Source: Obrimoposthia wandeli (Eukaryota). Taken from it: a stretch of DNA of 64,000 nucleotides. The stretch lies in assembly GCA_977020255.1 (NCBI GenBank), contig CDROCS010000506.1, positions 3,100,001 through 3,164,000 on the forward strand, given 5' to 3'. The position numbers and the translations under genes are program-made. Positions 60,253-64,000 of the stretch are shown here, piece by piece; the first letter of the stretch is position 1; each line of letters opens with the position of its first letter. The notes under the pieces were generated by a model that saw only the letters and a list, made by a program, of their open reading frames with translations, was not told the origin of the DNA and did not search any database.

Positions 60253-62233
60253 ATTTAATCTAGGCAGTTATGTTTGTATTTGTCTGTTTGTCACCATGAT
60301 GATTATGGGGGCATTTACCCGTTATGGTTTGAATGGATTTACACGTAATCATGATAAAAAAGTATCGACGCTGATGGCGCTGAATGAAGAAAATTATTTG
60401 CAGCACAAGTTAATTATTAATGCGATGCGATCTTTTTTTAAATCATCAGATAGAGTAAAAGAAGCCGATTTTGAGATCTTTACTCAATCGTTATTAGGCG
60501 AACGAACTGCGCTATTCTTTACGATGACACCCGAATTGACGTTAGGTTATATTTCTGATGACGCTTTTGTTGCTGACTTAGATAAGTTGGAAGTAAGCTT
60601 AAATAAAGAGGGGAAGTTAAGCGGTGATTTACCTCATTATCAATTGGTTTCAATCGCGATTGATGAGCCGAACATGCCGTATTTGTTTTATGCGATACCT
60701 CTTGATAATTTATTGTTTAACATGAATAAATTAAAAGGTACTTGTTTAAAATACACCTCCGTACAGTTATCGACAACGAATCAAGATTGTGTGCGACGAA
60801 CTGCGAATAGAATGTCAGCATTTTTCCGTTACAGCACAGACTTAGATATCAGCGTCCCAGAGTATAATTTTTATTATATTTTAGGAATTGAGTCTCAAGT
60901 ATCCCCGTCAAAGCTGTTTGAATTTAGCTGTATGTTGTTTTCGATATTGGTTATCTGTGTGCTGATTTCGATATTGTTGTATTTTAAATTGATAAATAAA
61001 TATTTATTTATCAATATTGAACGTGAGAATAAATTTAATGTCGCGATGGTATCGAGTATTAATCATGAGATAAGGACGCCGATTAATGCGCTATTAGGCT
61101 ACAGCCAAATACTGAAAGATATGCCTAAAATCAGTGACGAGCACAGCGCTGTGATTGATAAAATGTTGTGGTCGGCTAATTTATTGTATTCAGTGGCAGA
61201 AAATACCCTTAACTACAGTAAGTCTACAGCGGGTGGTTTAATGCTTAATAGCGCGCCGATTAATACCTTGCAGTATATGGATAGTATTAAAGATTATTAC
61301 AATCGTTTGAGTATTCCTGCGGATAAGATCCTCGATTTTAATGTGAGCGATAAGTTACCTGCGGTGATTAGTGTCGATAGCACTAAATTATTTCAAATCA
61401 TAACCAATATGATTAACAACGCATTGAAGTACAGCACGGGTAAGACGGTACGTTGCCATGTTGATATCTGTCAACGCTTAGCCTTTCACGAAAATATGGT
61501 TTCAGGGCTGCAACAGAGTCCGTCATCGGCAGTATCATCATTAGCAGCATCACAAAACAGCCGCGGTTATTACTTACGTATTCTGATCCAAGATTCTGGT
61601 CTGGGTATGTCACAATCAACCAAGACGTTACTCACCAATCCATTTACTGTGGATGCGGAATCGCAACTAAAGCAAGTCTCTAGCATTGGTTTAGGACTGT
61701 ATACCTGTAATCAATTACTGACTCAAGTCGGTGGTAAATTAAGACTGCACAGTGTGAAGAATGAAGGTACTAAAATCATGCTGCATTTTCCCTGTCAGTT
61801 TGATCAAGCGGTACCGTCACAGCAGTTAAACTCACAGCAGCTTAACTCGACTGATTATGCCAGTATGCGTGTTTTGATTGTTGACGATAACAGCTTTAAT
61901 CTCGAAGTATGTAATGCCATGTTAGAAGATAAACAGTTTAATACGGTTTGCGCGAATAGCTCGAAAGATGGATTAGTCAAATTTGTTAAAGTAGAACCCA
62001 ACGTGGTGATTGTTGATTACCAGTTAGATGTGTTTAATGGACTTGAGTTAATTACTAAAATGAAATTTATGCAAAGCAATGCACAGATCCAATATTTCAT
62101 TTTATCCGCCAATGATAAAAATGAGATTGTCGATAGTGAGCACTATCCAGATGTTTATTTCATGCAAAAACCGTTTAATACCGCGATATTTTTAAGTTGC
62201 TTAGTAAGTGGAGTCGCTTCCCAGAAAGCGTAG
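60227..62233 (+). CDS. Hybrid sensor histidine kinase (periplasmic sensor-HisKA-HATPase-REC)
   Basis: Two TMs, INHEIRTP, NMINNALKY, QDSGLGM, IGLGL, IVDDN...IVDYQL...QKP; ATG 60242 is the likely start. Confidence 0.92.
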   Translation: MSRLNMNYKFNLGSYVCICLFVTMMIMGAFTRYGLNGFTRNHDKKVSTLMALNEENYLQHKLIINAMRSFFKSSDRVKEADFEIFTQSLLGERTALFFTMTPELTLGYISDDAFVADLDKLEVSLNKEGKLSGDLPHYQLVSIAIDEPNMPYLFYAIPLDNLLFNMNKLKGTCLKYTSVQLSTTNQDCVRRTANRMSAFFRYSTDLDISVPEYNFYYILGIESQVSPSKLFEFSCMLFSILVICVLISILLYFKLINKYLFINIERENKFNVAMVSSINHEIRTPINALLGYSQILKDMPKISDEHSAVIDKMLWSANLLYSVAENTLNYSKSTAGGLMLNSAPINTLQYMDSIKDYYNRLSIPADKILDFNVSDKLPAVISVDSTKLFQIITNMINNALKYSTGKTVRCHVDICQRLAFHENMVSGLQQSPSSAVSSLAASQNSRGYYLRILIQDSGLGMSQSTKTLLTNPFTVDAESQLKQVSSIGLGLYTCNQLLTQVGGKLRLHSVKNEGTKIMLHFPCQFDQAVPSQQLNSQQLNSTDYASMRVLIVDDNSFNLEVCNAMLEDKQFNTVCANSSKDGLVKFVKVEPNVVIVDYQLDVFNGLELITKMKFMQSNAQIQYFILSANDKNEIVDSEHYPDVYFMQKPFNTAIFLSCLVSGVASQKA

Positions 62234-62313
62234 TGGGCGGTATGATAGAACACATCTAATATGCTTGATTATTGCTGTGTCGTTTGATACAGCGGACTAC
62301 CTAAGGTGAACCT

Positions 62314-62707
62314 ATGGCTAAGTATAACCCCGTCACTAAAATGCAAACCTATGGCATTCACTCGCAGTGGCAAAGCAAATCAAAAGATTTACCGAGCATT
62401 CAAAAATTCACGACAGATATCCCCGCAGAAATTGATATTGAATTTGGTTTTATCGTTAATATTAAAAAAGCCCGTGGCGCTAAATTGCAATTTTGTATTG
62501 CTCATCCTGGTATTTTAGACGTCGATGGTAATGTACGCGCACCGTTTACCGGCGACGTGCATGTGACAAACAGTGATTGGAATTTTTACTTGGGCGACAC
62601 AGTATGGCAAACTGATTTGGGTCATTGATAAATGTGGTGACTCGTGCTATTAATCGTATCACTCGATGGTAAAATATTAAAGCGGATAAACCTTCAACAT
62701 CGCTTAA
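62314..62707 (+). pseudogene. DUF3859-family protein with a frameshifted C-terminus
   Basis: DIEFGFIVNIKKARG...DWNFYLGDTVW is followed by out-of-frame pieces VIDKCGD / LIVSLDGKIL / TFNIA-TAA (62705-62707). Confidence 0.7.
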
Positions 62708-62815
62708 CACTGTTAAAAAATCCAGCCCTATTATATAACCAACAAAGGCAGCAATTGTGGACGCGTTTATTTCCCAAAAAAATTGGGATAACTCAGCGTT
62801 AAGATCCACCCATGG

Positions 62816-63403
62816 ATGCGAGCATGGTATCGGATGAGTTTTATGAGTATATATATGGACTTTAAACAACAGCCTGAGTTGATCCGCAGTGCGTTAGAAG
62901 ATTTGTTACCGTTTCAACAGTGGGAATTTGTTGAACAGTTTTATCGTTTAATCGAATGGGTGAATGGTGCAAGCTCGTTATTAGAAAGTAATGACTGTGT
63001 GTTTAATGCCGCGGAAGATAATAGCGACCAGCAATATCCGTATGCGAAAAAATGCAGTGCACGATTAATGATTTTATTCCGAGATATTCCTGAAAATTGT
63101 CAGGACAAAAGTCTTGATTGGTTAATGAATAATATCCAGTCAATGGCCTCGTCGATGAAACCAGGCTTTAAAGCCGGTGCTATTGGCTTATCAAAATCAC
63201 CGACCTGTTATTTAGCCTTGGGTGATAAACCGGATTCCGGCGGAATGGGTTACCAAGTCACGTTAAACTTCTTTGCCTATGGAGAAGATGAGCAAGCGTG
63301 TTATGCGAACCTGAACGATGTATTGGCAATCACTCAAAAAGCATTACTGCGTGTAAATATGCGCATTAAAAATGGCGAAATAGATGCGCTTTACGCGATC
63401 TAA
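62816..63403 (+). CDS. Hypothetical protein
   Basis: 195-aa protein-like ORF; true start probably 62834 or 62843; no motif recognised. Confidence 0.65.
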   Translation: MRAWYRMSFMSIYMDFKQQPELIRSALEDLLPFQQWEFVEQFYRLIEWVNGASSLLESNDCVFNAAEDNSDQQYPYAKKCSARLMILFRDIPENCQDKSLDWLMNNIQSMASSMKPGFKAGAIGLSKSPTCYLALGDKPDSGGMGYQVTLNFFAYGEDEQACYANLNDVLAITQKALLRVNMRIKNGEIDALYAI

Positions 63404-63521
63404 ATACCAAGTAGCTATAATATTAGTAACTATGCCAATACCGATGCTAAGAACTGATGCGTTGAATATAGCATTGAACGCATCAGTAGCTTCGTTAGAT
63501 TGTAGTAATAATTGAGTTGGA

Positions 63522-64000
63522 TTATAACGGTAACTTCGTTAAATCAACCCGCAATAAACAGTTAAATTCTTTACCAAAATCTACCGATACGCGGGCGTGT
63601 ACTGCGCCTTGTTTATCGGCAAACTCTTGTTCACCGGCAATCGCAAATACGCCTTCGTGCCAAACGTTGGCATGAATATAGGCACCGCGCTCACCACTGA
63701 AATAAAAACATACAAAGTCTTGTGGTTTGACATCGTCCCCCGGCAAGGCTAATGGCAGTAAAAATGGTTGATTAGCCTTAGGATAAAACATCTGCCCACC
63801 ATCGGGGTGATAGTTTGCATGCCATAAGAGCAGTTGTGTTGGTTTGTTACTGTGGTTGTCGATAGCGATTTCTGGTCGTTGGTTATAACCGATAATATAA
63901 TGGCCATCGACGGCTTTATTACGGCCAAACAGATTGTCTCCTTTCCAGGTACTAATAAACGTCCCTTCAGTCACACCGCCTTCATCACCAGTATCTTCAT
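63522..64000 (-). CDS. Ureidoglycolate lyase-family protein (partial, starts beyond the window)
   Basis: Frame is open to the window end (EDTGDEGGVTEGTF...); LLWHANYHPDGGQMFYP, NVWHEG, DKQGAVHARVSVDF. Confidence 0.78.
   Translation of the reverse strand, partial: EDTGDEGGVTEGTFISTWKGDNLFGRNKAVDGHYIIGYNQRPEIAIDNHSNKPTQLLLWHANYHPDGGQMFYPKANQPFLLPLALPGDDVKPQDFVCFYFSGERGAYIHANVWHEGVFAIAGEQEFADKQGAVHARVSVDFGKEFNCLLRVDLTKLPL

Noticed and set aside
337-63749. Numerous 60-135 aa antisense or overlapping ORFs (e.g. 337..642, 13860..14255, 23589..23960, 40870..41280, 44616..45008)
   Set aside because: Shadow ORFs opposite or inside well-supported genes, with no motifs or RBS.
1-64000. tRNA, rRNA, integrase, transposase or phage genes
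   Set aside because: No cloverleaf or rRNA-like stretch, and no recombinase, transposase or phage structural motifs in any ORF.

Overview
This is a regulator- and transporter-rich accessory region of an AT-rich (about 40% GC by eye) marine gammaproteobacterium; gene content and style resemble Moritella/Vibrionales, but the taxon is inference. I found no rRNA, tRNA, CRISPR array, IS transposase or prophage. The window holds about 55 CDSs, including seven LysR, three AraC, one Lrp, one ArsR and one XRE regulator, plus PACE/MFS/LysE/MarC/NCS2/HlyD transporters. It also encodes two sCache_2 chemoreceptors, a CHASE-PAS-GAF-PAS-GGDEF-EAL protein, purine catabolism genes, metB, tag, an MSHA-like pilin and a GbpA-type LPMO. 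Features the ORF track misses or fragments: (1) three copies of an ArsP/DUF318 permease, one partial at the window start, one intact, and one inverted frameshifted relic; (2) an ATTTC-N10-GAAAT operator shared by the permease promoter and an ArsR gene 51 kb away; (3) two tandem 53-aa YhfL/DUF4223 lipoprotein genes; (4) an ERIC-like element; (5) a multi-hairpin leader before 8-oxoguanine deaminase; (6) several decayed genes. The best candidate for a new system is a self-contained XRE-HTH / REC-EAL / Hpt / hybrid-kinase phosphorelay operon transcribed divergently from gbpA, whose XRE gene carries an early nonsense codon. A three-gene operon of paralogous disulfide lipoproteins and an orphan radical SAM/SPASM enzyme are also notable.
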